This document shows positions 49,701 through 59,553 of a stretch of DNA of 64,000 bases, piece after piece. Under the pieces are notes generated by a model. That model searched no databases and had not been told where the DNA came from. It saw only the letters and a list, made by a program, of their open reading frames with translations. The position numbers and the translations under genes are program-made. Source of the DNA: Candidatus Latescibacterota bacterium (GTDB lineage: Bacteria > Latescibacterota > UBA2968 > UBA8231); the NCBI GenBank assembly GCA_965197905.1, contig CBDAOB010000004.1, forward strand, positions 992,001 through 1,056,000, written 5' to 3'. The stretch's first letter is position 1, and every line of letters begins with the position of its first letter.

Positions 49701-50207
49701 GTGGACGTCTTCGCATACGAGAACCTGAGAAGAAGGCTTGGGGTACTAATTTGCCTCGTGCCACTGATTGGCCTGCTCGGCGTTCGCGAGACATCCGGCC
49801 AGCTGATTGTTGTCGTGAACCAGGGCAATGAGATCGAAAGCGTTACGTTGCAGTCGTTGCGGGATATATATGCGGGCAACAAGGTCTCCTGGAGTAACAA
49901 CCGCAAGATTTTCCCCGTCAGCATGAAAAGCAATCGGGAAATCACGAAGTCCTTCTTTCAAACGGCCCTCGGAAAGAGCGCACGGGAGATGAAGCGAGTT
50001 TGGATTCGACTGACCCTTTCGGGGTCTGGGGCGGCGCCGAAAGTGGTTGGTACGGAAACTGAGGCTCTCGACTACATCGCGAAGAATGATGGCGCCATCG
50101 GATTTGTCGGGCTCCAGGAGTTGAACGAGAGAGTCAAAATTGTTGCCGTTGAGGGGAAGCTGCCTTCGGAAGAGGGATACCCTCTGAGATCCGATCTGAA
50201 GCCCTGA
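49701..50207 (+). CDS. Small periplasmic binding-domain protein (PstS/PBP-like)
   Basis: IVVVN..N....T...LRDIYAG...W; YIAKNDGAIGFV; KIVAVEGKLP...YPL. Confidence 0.8.
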   Translation: MDVFAYENLRRRLGVLICLVPLIGLLGVRETSGQLIVVVNQGNEIESVTLQSLRDIYAGNKVSWSNNRKIFPVSMKSNREITKSFFQTALGKSAREMKRVWIRLTLSGSGAAPKVVGTETEALDYIAKNDGAIGFVGLQELNERVKIVAVEGKLPSEEGYPLRSDLKP

Positions 50208-50250
50208 TGTCCTGATCGAAAGAGGTCAATTCTAAGGGTTTGGAGCCTCA

Positions 50251-52326
50251 TTGACGTCGATCAAACAGAAATTGATTGTGAGCACGTTCATCCTGGTGGC
50301 CGCAATCGTTACCTTTGCACTGATTTATTTTCCCGAGCAACAAAGACGTCAAGCTTTCCTGGCTCTCAAGAATGAACTCGAGGTGCTTTGTGAGACACTC
50401 GCGCTGACGATTGCCCTCGGTTTTGAGGAGGACAACTATGAAGCCATGCAGGTGGCTTTTGATTTTGTCAAGCGCGATCCCGCGCTCCAGTATATAGCGG
50501 TTTACGGCGTTGACGAAGAACTGATCGCCGCTTTCCCCGATCCGCTGCCTGCAAGCGCTGCGCCGATCGTTACGCCAGGTCTGGTTGAGGGACCGGAAGC
50601 GATCGCCTATTGCTCGGCCATCGCCCTCCGAGGTGAAGCCTACGGGTCTGTCACGATTTCAAAGTCGCTCACGTCGTTTAATCAGAACATTTCCGATAGT
50701 CGCTTCGATACTTTGTCGATCGGCGCGTTGATTCTGGCGATCAGTCTGGGGTTGGTATACCTGATTGCAAGGATGGTGGCAGAGCCTCTCAATCTGCTGA
50801 CCGGCGCCACCCAGAGGGTGACGCGTGGCGAGTATTCTGTACGGGTTGATATTGATCGTCGCGACGAAACCGGTACCCTGGCCACGAATTTCAACCGGAT
50901 GACCGATGCACTTCAGACCCACACGGAGGAACTGAGCCGTGCCTCGGAAGCGGCAGAAGCGGCCAATCGCGCCAAGTCCACGTTTCTTGCAAATATGAGT
51001 CACGAGATCCGGACGCCGATGAATGCGATTTTGGGGTTCGCGCAGATTGTAGGCAACGATCCCGACCTTGACGATCGGCATAGGAAATCTGTAGGGACTA
51101 TCAGGCAGAGCGGCGAACATTTGCTGAAGCTGATCAATGATATCCTCGATATTTCGAAGATCGAGGCGGGCCACGAGCAGCTCAACCGGTCAGACTTCGA
51201 TCTGAAGGTGTTGGTTGATGCGCTGGGTGACATGTTCGGGATGCGTTGTCAACAGACCGGACTGGTGTGGGAGCTGGAATCGGACGTGCCCGCCGGCTGT
51301 GTGGAAGGAGATGAGGGCAAGCTTCGGCAGGTGCTGATCAATCTCGTCGGGAATGCCGTGAAGTTTACGGAAACGGGGACGGTGAAGTTGAAGGTCGGGG
51401 CTCTGGGGGACAACCGATACGCATTCGAAGTGCGAGACACCGGTCCAGGTATCCCGGAAGATAAGCAGGCCGCTATTTTTGAGCCGTTTCAGCAGGAAGA
51501 GGAAGGCCTGCGCCAGGGAGGCACCGGGTTGGGGTTAGCGATCTCCATGGGGCACGTGGAGATGATGGGTGGAAGCATCGGTTTGGAGTCCCGACTGGGA
51601 GAGGGTTCCCGCTTCATGTTTACGCTCGAGTTGCCCCAGGGCCAGACTCCCATGAGAAGCGCCGACACCACCGACTGGTCTTGCGTACGACACCTTGCCG
51701 ATGGCCAAACCTTACGCGCACTCGTTGTCGACGATGTGAAGACCAACCGTGAGCTTCTCGTAGAAATGCTGACGCAGATTGGTGTCCAGGTTGAAACGGC
51801 AGAAAACGGGGCGGAAGGCTTGGAGCAAGTCGGACGAGAGATGCCCGATATCGTGTTTCTGGACATCCGCATGCCGGTGATGGATGGTCCCGAGATGCTC
51901 AAGCAGATGCGCCGTGAGCACGGGAAAGGAGCCGCCGAGGTCGTTGCGGTGACGGCATCGGTCTTCGATCATCAGCGGCAGGCGTATCTCGACATGGGTT
52001 TTGCAGCCTTCCTCAGCAAACCACTTGAGTCCGACCAGATCTACGCCTGTCTTGCCGAGCTCCTTGGGGTGAAGTTCGACTTTGCGGAAACGGAATCCAA
52101 CGTTTCCGCCGCCGCCGAGAGGGACTGGACTGAGGTTGCCCTGCCGCCGGATGTCTATGCGGACCTGGCTGCCGCCGTCAGCAGTCATAGCATTACGGGC
52201 CTGCGCAAGGGGCTGGATCGGCTCAAGGAGAATGCCCCTGATCTGGCCGCTCACCTGGGGGAATTGGCCAGTCAATTCGACATGACGGGTATCAAAACCG
52301 TCCTGGATGAGATAAGCCCACAGTGA
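50251..52326 (+). CDS. Membrane hybrid histidine kinase (2TM, HAMP, HisKA, HATPase, REC)
   Basis: DETGTLATNFNRM, FLANMSHEIRTPMN, NAVKFT, GTGLGL, DIVFLDIRMP. Confidence 0.95.
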   Translation: MTSIKQKLIVSTFILVAAIVTFALIYFPEQQRRQAFLALKNELEVLCETLALTIALGFEEDNYEAMQVAFDFVKRDPALQYIAVYGVDEELIAAFPDPLPASAAPIVTPGLVEGPEAIAYCSAIALRGEAYGSVTISKSLTSFNQNISDSRFDTLSIGALILAISLGLVYLIARMVAEPLNLLTGATQRVTRGEYSVRVDIDRRDETGTLATNFNRMTDALQTHTEELSRASEAAEAANRAKSTFLANMSHEIRTPMNAILGFAQIVGNDPDLDDRHRKSVGTIRQSGEHLLKLINDILDISKIEAGHEQLNRSDFDLKVLVDALGDMFGMRCQQTGLVWELESDVPAGCVEGDEGKLRQVLINLVGNAVKFTETGTVKLKVGALGDNRYAFEVRDTGPGIPEDKQAAIFEPFQQEEEGLRQGGTGLGLAISMGHVEMMGGSIGLESRLGEGSRFMFTLELPQGQTPMRSADTTDWSCVRHLADGQTLRALVVDDVKTNRELLVEMLTQIGVQVETAENGAEGLEQVGREMPDIVFLDIRMPVMDGPEMLKQMRREHGKGAAEVVAVTASVFDHQRQAYLDMGFAAFLSKPLESDQIYACLAELLGVKFDFAETESNVSAAAERDWTEVALPPDVYADLAAAVSSHSITGLRKGLDRLKENAPDLAAHLGELASQFDMTGIKTVLDEISPQ

Positions 52327-52466
52327 TTCTCGGACCGACTCAGTAAACCCGCGTCCCGACGGAATCTCATCATACCGCTATTCCGAGGCACGGCCGACCG
52401 GATGAGGGTCTGAAGGAACTTCTGGGACAAAAATGCGGCTGGGGCTTGAATGATGATAGGTGGATT

Positions 52467-53528
52467 CTAACGCGGCAGTATCCGTGCGTCCTGGTACCTT
52501 TTTAAGATGATCAGGAAACGTGATTCACTGTTATCCCAGTCGTGAAACCCTAGTTGCCGCACTTTGTTGTGACTGAGAATCTCATCCCAATACCGCTCGA
52601 GGGTGGCATCTGCATAGCTCCAGTTAGCCACGTTGTCGAGTGTTGTCTGTTCAAGCTGGTTCTTTGCGCAGATATGCTGCCAGACGTCGTTCCGTTCCGA
52701 CATCACATCAGCCAGCTTCAACGGGCGTACCGTTCCACAAGGCATCTTAAATGCTCCGGCAATCATCGGCCAAAGCTGGTTCCATCTGAACACGTCTGTA
52801 TTCGTCATGTTGAAGGCCTGATCCCGACAGCCCGGTTCCGTTGCCATCCAGGCGATGCCTCGCGCGAGCAGCTCGATGGAGGTTACCTGCGCTAAGCTTG
52901 CAAAGGCGCCTTGGGGGCCTGGAAAATCGAACGCTGCACCAAGTTCCCTGCAAATGGCCGCGCAGGCTCCAAGCGTGCTGACCAGATTCCTGGCAATGTG
53001 GGGGGAGTAGTGCAGCAAGGTATTCGGTCTGGAACACGACCATGACCACTCTTTTTCTTTGCTGCGCTCAACCAGGTAGTCCTGCTGGTCGTAGTTGAAA
53101 TTTGGGATGGGCGCGCGGGGATCTTCTTCTCAAGCCGGTGTCGGAAACGGCCCCACGTGGACCCCGTAGTACTTGCCCCCCTGGACCAGGTGGACGTGCG
53201 TGAGGTTCTTCGCGGACGACTCGATCCCATTCACCAGGTTATCCAGAAGACGCAGGTTGTCCGAAGCACTTTCGATGACCTGTTCGGCGTGAGTGGCTCG
53301 TCCACAGTAGAATACGTGCGTGACGTCTCCGAGCGATGACAGGACATCGACACAGTCCTTTCGATCATTCAGATCGAGTTGAGAATAGCTGACACGCTCG
53401 AGCGGACTGGCGGGTGCTCTTCTGGCGATCCCATACACTTTCCATTCATCACTGGAAGCGAGCTCTCTCGCCAAGGCGGTGCCCACCGCGCCAGTGGCGC
53501 CCGCAATCAGAGCTACGAATTTGTGCAT
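52467..53528 (-). pseudogene. PRISE (progesterone 5-beta-reductase/iridoid synthase)-like SDR with in-frame TGA at 53130-53132
   Basis: GATGAVG, GGKYYG.H.GP..TPA*EEDPR..PNFNYDQQD..WSCSRP; 354 codons in one frame. Confidence 0.85.
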
Positions 53529-53607
53529 TCGTCCTCCTCAGGTGCACTCAGCAGATGGCTTTGACGCCGTTCTTCATCAATCCTCTCAGGGCGGCTAGCC
53601 TTTCTAA

Positions 53608-54740
53608 TCAACGCTTGCTCCTGGCGCAGCTACTCTCCCATTCCTCCACGCTCATCGCGCCGGCGACCACGTGGCTGTTGTCGCCGATGCGACCCGGCTC
53701 GCGCAGCGCCGGCTGGTCGACGAACCGGGCGCGGGCAGCCTTGTGCTGGTTCTCGGGCTGCAGGACGTCCTCCTCGCCTTCGGCGATGTGCCGGTACAGC
53801 AGCTTCAGCTCCGGGGAAAACCTTGAGTACACCTCCCGCGGCACGTACGTCCTGAGCGCGTGGCCACCCGAGTGCACGTTGACGAACTCGTTACCCGATA
53901 GCCACCACGGCGCGTAACGGCACACAACCGTCGTGCGCTCGTGCTCGCTCTGGTTGGCAGCGCGCGAGTGCCAGAGCCGCGTGTCCTGCATAAAGACCGA
54001 GCCCGCGGGCGCCGAGATTTGGAACTCGCCCGGGATCGGCGCTCGTTCGTCGATCCCGTCATCGGGGCCGCGCGGGTTGCGCGGGTCTTTGTGCGACCCC
54101 GGAACAACCCACGTGCCGCCGTTATACGGGGTCACATCCTCCGGACCGAGGTAGCAGATCGTGGACAGCGCCATGCAGACATCGGGGAATGGCTGGGCGA
54201 CCGCGCCGGCAAGATTCCACTCCTCACCGCTCGTCCGGTACGCAGCCAGATCATGCGGCCAGTCGGAATGCCAGCGGCGACGCAGCAGTTGCTCCTCGGA
54301 GAACGCCTCCCCGTCGGCTTTGACGACTTGGCGGACGCGGTGACCTGCGTCTGCAAAATGCGGACGTGCGTATCGAGCATCGCCTTGGCTACCCGGAGCA
54401 CGCGCGGCTCCACGAGGTGCTCGGCGAAGGTCTCGTTCCGCGCGATGTCGCAGAGCTCGGCGTGGGGCGCCATCGGCGACCGCACAGGGCCGCTGCCAGG
54501 CTGGAAGTCGGGATTTCTGCGGCGTTCCAACTCTATGCGTTTGCTCCGCTCCGCCTCGCGGTCCTGCTGCAACAGCCGGCGCCCCCGGTACACGCTCTCG
54601 CGCACCGTGCTGACTTCGCCCTCAGGGATCACCCTCTCGACGACGCAGAAACCCTGGACTCGCAGCGATTGCAGGTACCCCTCGATCTCCGCGTCACCAC
54701 CTTTGGGGATACCCGTAGCGATGGAGTAGGGGAGTCGCAG
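53608..54740 (-). pseudogene. PhyH-family dioxygenase, frameshifted near 54340 and lacking a clear start
   Basis: LRVQGFCVVERVIP in one frame; RWHSDWPHD..QPFPDVCMALSTI..VPGSH..RLWH in the next. Confidence 0.82.
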
Positions 54741-54967
54741 TCGATCATCAAGATTTAAGAGTTTTGACAAAATCAATTCAGCTAGTTTTATGGTTTAAAA
54801 AAATGTCTCAAGCTTTACTAAAAATTACAATAATAACGGGTTCCATTCTCCCTTTGTTCCGGTTCTTTCTGTGTGCCAGTCATAGCTCTTTTCTCGTTTC
54901 TAATTCATCAATTCCGATTGTAGTACTTTACAGTCATCAGTCAAATTGGAATCTAAGGGCCGCTTAT

Positions 54968-56607
54968 CTAGGACTCGTAGCGACACTGCAGTTGCACTGC
55001 GTCCAAGACGAGGGGTGTCTGCATAGATTCATCTCGTTTGCTCACCATTAGCTCGACCCTGTTCTCCCCCCTCTTGACCTGCGCAGGATTGAGCGGGCAT
55101 TCCAGCCATTGCCCCGCCAACGGTGTCTGCATAGGCCCGGTTTGCTTTAACTCCTTCAGGGGTTCCTGGTTGAGTTTCACAGCTAGGTCATCAATGTGTG
55201 CAAAGTCCCAGAAGTGGAGACGAAATTGCAACTCAGGGCTATTCCCCGACTTTACATCCTCCCCCACCTGAAACGGCACACTGACGGGTTCCCCTGGCTT
55301 CAGCTCCAGCTCGCGCACGTCTTTGAAGCTGGAGTCACCGGCGAACCGATCCACACCGAATATCTTGTCCTTGTTTTCCATCGTTTTGGGATCTCCGATC
55401 TCTCGCCATATATCGTTCCTCGGGGAAAAGCATTGAAGGTGTAGATTCCATCGGCGCCAGCGTTGAACAGATTGGTCGCCGCACCACGCCAAGCTGCAAT
55501 TGTTCCTGCCCACGATTCGATCGCCACGACAAAGAAGGGCTTCTCAGTGTCATTCGGGTCTCCGGCCGATTGGGTCTTTACCCACGATTCAAAGGTCCTG
55601 TGCTTGCCCTCTCCCACCTCGAGGAAAGCCCAGTGTTTCCAGAAAGCCCACCCGATACAGGGATACACCGGCATATCGTATTTGTGCCCCAGATTCACGA
55701 TGTCCTGGAACGACTCAGTCATTTTCGACTCTGTACCGCCACCGGGTATCAGAATGTCGATGAGATCTTCTGCAAGCCACGTTTCTAGATCCAGTCCGAT
55801 GAACTGTGCGTCGGCAGGACTGAAAGGTGCGCGCGCCGCCAGCAGCAGTGGACGCCCTCTTTGCTGTCCCACTTCGTCGGCCATCTGCCTGACTCGACGC
55901 ATCAGGTGTGTCATCATCTCCAGGTGCTGTTGCTCGGCAGGAAGTCCATCCAGAGTCGGTGCAAAAAACTTGGGATGTCGGAAGAAGTCCAACTCCACCC
56001 CATTTACGTCGTATCCCTGGCATACTTCCCGAATCAACGAGAATATGTGCTCCCGCACCTCTGCACAGCTGAAATCAAGAGCAGACCAGAGGTGTCTAGG
56101 TCCATCTGGGTATTTCTCCCAGTCGTCCGGCTCACCCATCAGATATTCCGGATGCTCCCGCTTGAAGGGACCCAGACGATAGTGCCAGCTGCGATGACCC
56201 ACGGGATAGGAATCATGCACGTCGTTCATGCGCAATGACCAGAATGCCTCCATATCGTGTTTGCGACAGAAGTCCACCTGAATCTGCAGGATGTCGCGTC
56301 CGTACTTGTCAATGAGCTCTTGTGCAATACCCTCACTGCAAAATCCACCCAATTTTGTGCGGTGCCAGAATGTGATGCCGGCTCGGCAAGTGGAGTACCA
56401 GATGCTGTCCACCTGCGTCCCCACCAGCGGCGTGCTGCGCGCATTGAGGAAGTCATCCATCAGCTCGCCTTCGCTGCGGGTGAACACTCGCCAGTGAGCG
56501 GCACGGCGAAGTTCCGCTTCTGTCTTTGACTCGATCACGTCGTCGCCGTCATTGTTGAAAATAATCCGCCGCCTGCGCCAGCGTGCAGCTTTCCTTGTCT
56601 CGTCCAT
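54968..56607 (-). pseudogene. GHL10/DUF187-like protein (paralog 3), 1-nt-loss frameshift near 55425
   Basis: RRIIFNNDGDD...AGADGIYTFN, then IWREIG..KDKIFGVDRF..LDAVQL in another frame; shift lies in TTTTCCCC. Confidence 0.8.
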
Positions 56608-56666
56608 TAGGCTGCTCCTTTTATCAACTCATGCGCCCTTGCTCCTTGTCCCCGCGTCCCTTGTCC

Positions 56667-58229
56667 TTATACCGCCCTCCTTGTATGGCCCGTCTCGGGG
56701 CCGGAGAAAAAGGAACTTGGATCACCTTTCTCCAGATCGTCAAACCATTTGAGAAGCACCGTAGCGGCGGAAATTGAAGTTCCCTTCAGAGCAGACTGAG
56801 CCAGGCCATTGAAGATCCACCGATCCAACCCAACCCCCCGCCAGGTCGCGTGGAAGGCCCGGATCATCGAGGTGCGTGTGCCGACGATGCGCCCCGTGGG
56901 TCTGCCCCGGCCGTCTACCATAAACTCCCGGTCGTACTCCCAACCCAGATAGAAATCCCCGCTCGAATCCTGCAAGTACAGGAGGAAATTTAGGGCCATA
57001 CATACCCGTCTTCCGAGTTTCCCCCTGAAGGGATGATCCGCAGGAAGCGCCTCGTAAAGTGTCGTTATCCCGTCGCATATAATCGAGTGATACCCCATAT
57101 GGAAATTGTGTCCCGGCCATCCACCGTGCGGCAGCTGACCGGACAACACCGCGCCTTCCACCCTGTCCACCGCGCCCTCCAGATATTTCGAATCTCCGGT
57201 AGATCGATAGAGAGGAACTAAATACCATATGGAAAACGCATCGAAGTTGTTGTTGCCGGTGAATTCGTAGGTGGGCTTCTTGAGGTAGATCTTGCTCAGT
57301 AGTCCGTCGGGCAGATGCTCCCTGGTGAAACCGGTATAGGGACATCCCAACGCCCAATCTCCCGCTCGCTTAGCCGATTCAAGATATTTCGGATCCCCAA
57401 ACACCCGATACCCTTCCATCAACGCCAAACCCGCCCAACCCGTGTCGTAGAAGCAGTGGGTGTCGTTCACCACTCCTTCCACTGATCCCCACCAGCGCCA
57501 CTGACCGTTGGGCTCCTGCTCCTTTAACAGGTAGTCCAATCCCCCCAGGGCCATCTCTTTGTAGGTATCCCCGCCTAAGGCTTCATAGGCGTAGACATAG
57601 CCCACGGTTGTATCGCCCACACCGCGAATCACGGGATGGCCGACGTTATCGCGTCCCTTTCCCCAGCTCCCATCCTCATTCCGACTCTCCAACATGCTCT
57701 TGTGGGTCTTTTCGATGAGCTCTACCAAGGCCCGCCGATCAACTTCGAGAAACACGTAGGGCGAAGGAAGCACTCTGTCTCGGACCACCACAGGGAGTGC
57801 ACCAGGATAGGTGGTGCCCGGCACAACCACTTGGAATTCATCCGTCGCGAGGACACGCCAGTTCTCTCTCTCCGAATAGACCGAGGCAGCAACCTGATAC
57901 CGACCCGCAGGATCACCCGATCTAACCGCGTAGGTGTACGAAAGGACGGTGCCCTCCGTCACCTCCTCGAAATGGTGTGAGGAGAACCGAACGGCTCCCA
58001 GCGGATCGTAGACGATCACACTGGCCAGGACCTCCTGCTGGTTTATCCCGGATAGGTGGAGTTCGATTTCGGCCTTATCGCCCGCGGCGAAACCGATGCT
58101 TTTCTCCTGTACGAAGATGAACACTTTTCTCCCCGTTGCCATGTCAATCCCTCCGACGCGTCCCATGAGTACTGTTCCTCTATTCCCGAGATACCCTTCA
58201 TAGACCAGGGTCTTCACATCCAATGTCAT
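56667..58229 (-). CDS. Hypothetical protein: Ig-like N-domain + alpha/alpha-barrel with QW-like repeats
   Basis: VYDPLG..AGRYQV; RNEDGSW, QEPNGQW, QLPHGGW, QDSSGDF; GDPKYLESAKRAGDW. Confidence 0.7.
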   Translation of the reverse strand: MTLDVKTLVYEGYLGNRGTVLMGRVGGIDMATGRKVFIFVQEKSIGFAAGDKAEIELHLSGINQQEVLASVIVYDPLGAVRFSSHHFEEVTEGTVLSYTYAVRSGDPAGRYQVAASVYSERENWRVLATDEFQVVVPGTTYPGALPVVVRDRVLPSPYVFLEVDRRALVELIEKTHKSMLESRNEDGSWGKGRDNVGHPVIRGVGDTTVGYVYAYEALGGDTYKEMALGGLDYLLKEQEPNGQWRWWGSVEGVVNDTHCFYDTGWAGLALMEGYRVFGDPKYLESAKRAGDWALGCPYTGFTREHLPDGLLSKIYLKKPTYEFTGNNNFDAFSIWYLVPLYRSTGDSKYLEGAVDRVEGAVLSGQLPHGGWPGHNFHMGYHSIICDGITTLYEALPADHPFRGKLGRRVCMALNFLLYLQDSSGDFYLGWEYDREFMVDGRGRPTGRIVGTRTSMIRAFHATWRGVGLDRWIFNGLAQSALKGTSISAATVLLKWFDDLEKGDPSSFFSGPETGHTRRAV

Positions 58230-59400
58230 ATTGTTTCAGCGGGGGAAGGTGGTGCACTCGAAGCTGTTGTTATGAGAAGCGCCCGCCGAGGTGGTGTTGA
58301 GGTGGGCTTATCCAGATTTCAATTGACACCCCCCACTATGGCCATGTGAGTTGTGCCACTACAGGCAGGTGGTCAGAATATGCCTGTTTCTTGCGGACCA
58401 TCGTGGCGAAATCCTGAGTCTCGTATTACGGTCGCGCTTTGCAGAATGCTGCTAGAGATGGGCTGGCATAAATGTGGTCCGAATAGTCTTTCGAACACCC
58501 ACTTTGAAGTCTCCTAAGACAATGATGTTGCTTGGCACAGACCGGATTCTTCACAGAAGGATAACGTAATCGCCTGATCCGAGACAGGATCTGAGCAAAC
58601 ACCTTCTGGTCCCTCCACTTGCTGCTCGACTTGCCGCAGTAGAGATCGCGGAATATCTCCTGTAACTTCGTCAGGAAAACGGTCCTACATCCTGGCTTCT
58701 TCGCCGATAGCTACCCTATATCTTTTTCCTGCTCCGGCTATCGCCAGCGTGACGTCGTGGGGTAGACCGGACCTGGGACTGCTACTTCGACGTCGATACG
58801 TTCGCTGCTCAATTCCGACAGTAAGGCGTAGGCGTTCATCGGCAACATCGCCAAGATTTGACTCAATTTCCGGCTTGCTGCCACCCGCTCCTGATGCTCA
58901 ATTTCGACGCCAACGAACCTAAAGACGCTACGACAACCTCCCGGCAAAAAGTAGCCCGGCTCCGCTCTGACGCAATCTCCTGGACCATCCATGAGACATA
59001 ACGTTGGTGGCAATTAAAGCGAAGTAACCTCTATCCTTGCCACGTACGTACCAGTACCAGGTAGTCCCAAACTCCTTGGTACACCCTCCGAATCTTCGTA
59101 CCATACCGGCTAATTGAGCCGATAACATTGCGATCTGTAGCATCGGCTTGGTGGAATCCTCCCAGCGCAGTCGCGCCTCGGTGGACAGTGTCTTCAGCCG
59201 GTTGTTCACGGCAGAGACTCCGACCGCAGTCACTGTCAAGGAACGGGGACTCCCGAGACCCAGCCCGGCAGGATGTCTTGCGAAGTCTGGGATCAGCCTT
59301 CGGGACAGCGGGTGACGAAGGTTTCATTCGCCATCGTTTCGGGCTCTATGAAGCCTCAGCCGGAGCGGGGAAGACCGTACTGGCCGGTCCAGGATTCCGG

Positions 59401-59516
59401 CAAGGCTTGTGGCAGAGTTTCACGATCCAGGGTGGCCTCCCGCCGGGAAGAATTTCTGGTATCGTGGAGGACCAGAAGGCCATCTGTGGTTCGCCACCAA
59501 TGGCGGCGTGAGCCGC
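59401..59516 (+). pseudogene. Two-component regulator propeller (Reg_prop) scrap
   Basis: WQSFTIQGGLPPGRISGIVEDQ / EGHLWFATNGGVSR across a 1-nt shift. Confidence 0.65.
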
Positions 59517-59553
59517 GTGTGGCCTGGACCGAGCTACTGCTGAGGTAGCCACT

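Noticed and set aside
49701..50207. pstS of a phosphate ABC transporter
   Set aside because: Too short, and no pstCAB/phoU nearby
15659..53132. Genome-wide TGA recoding (alternative genetic code) suggested by two in-frame TGAs
   Set aside because: The expected residues differ (Trp vs Arg), and many intact genes including thyA end in TGA
56667..58229. Squalene-hopene cyclase
   Set aside because: No DxDD motif, and the barrel region is too short for the two-domain enzyme
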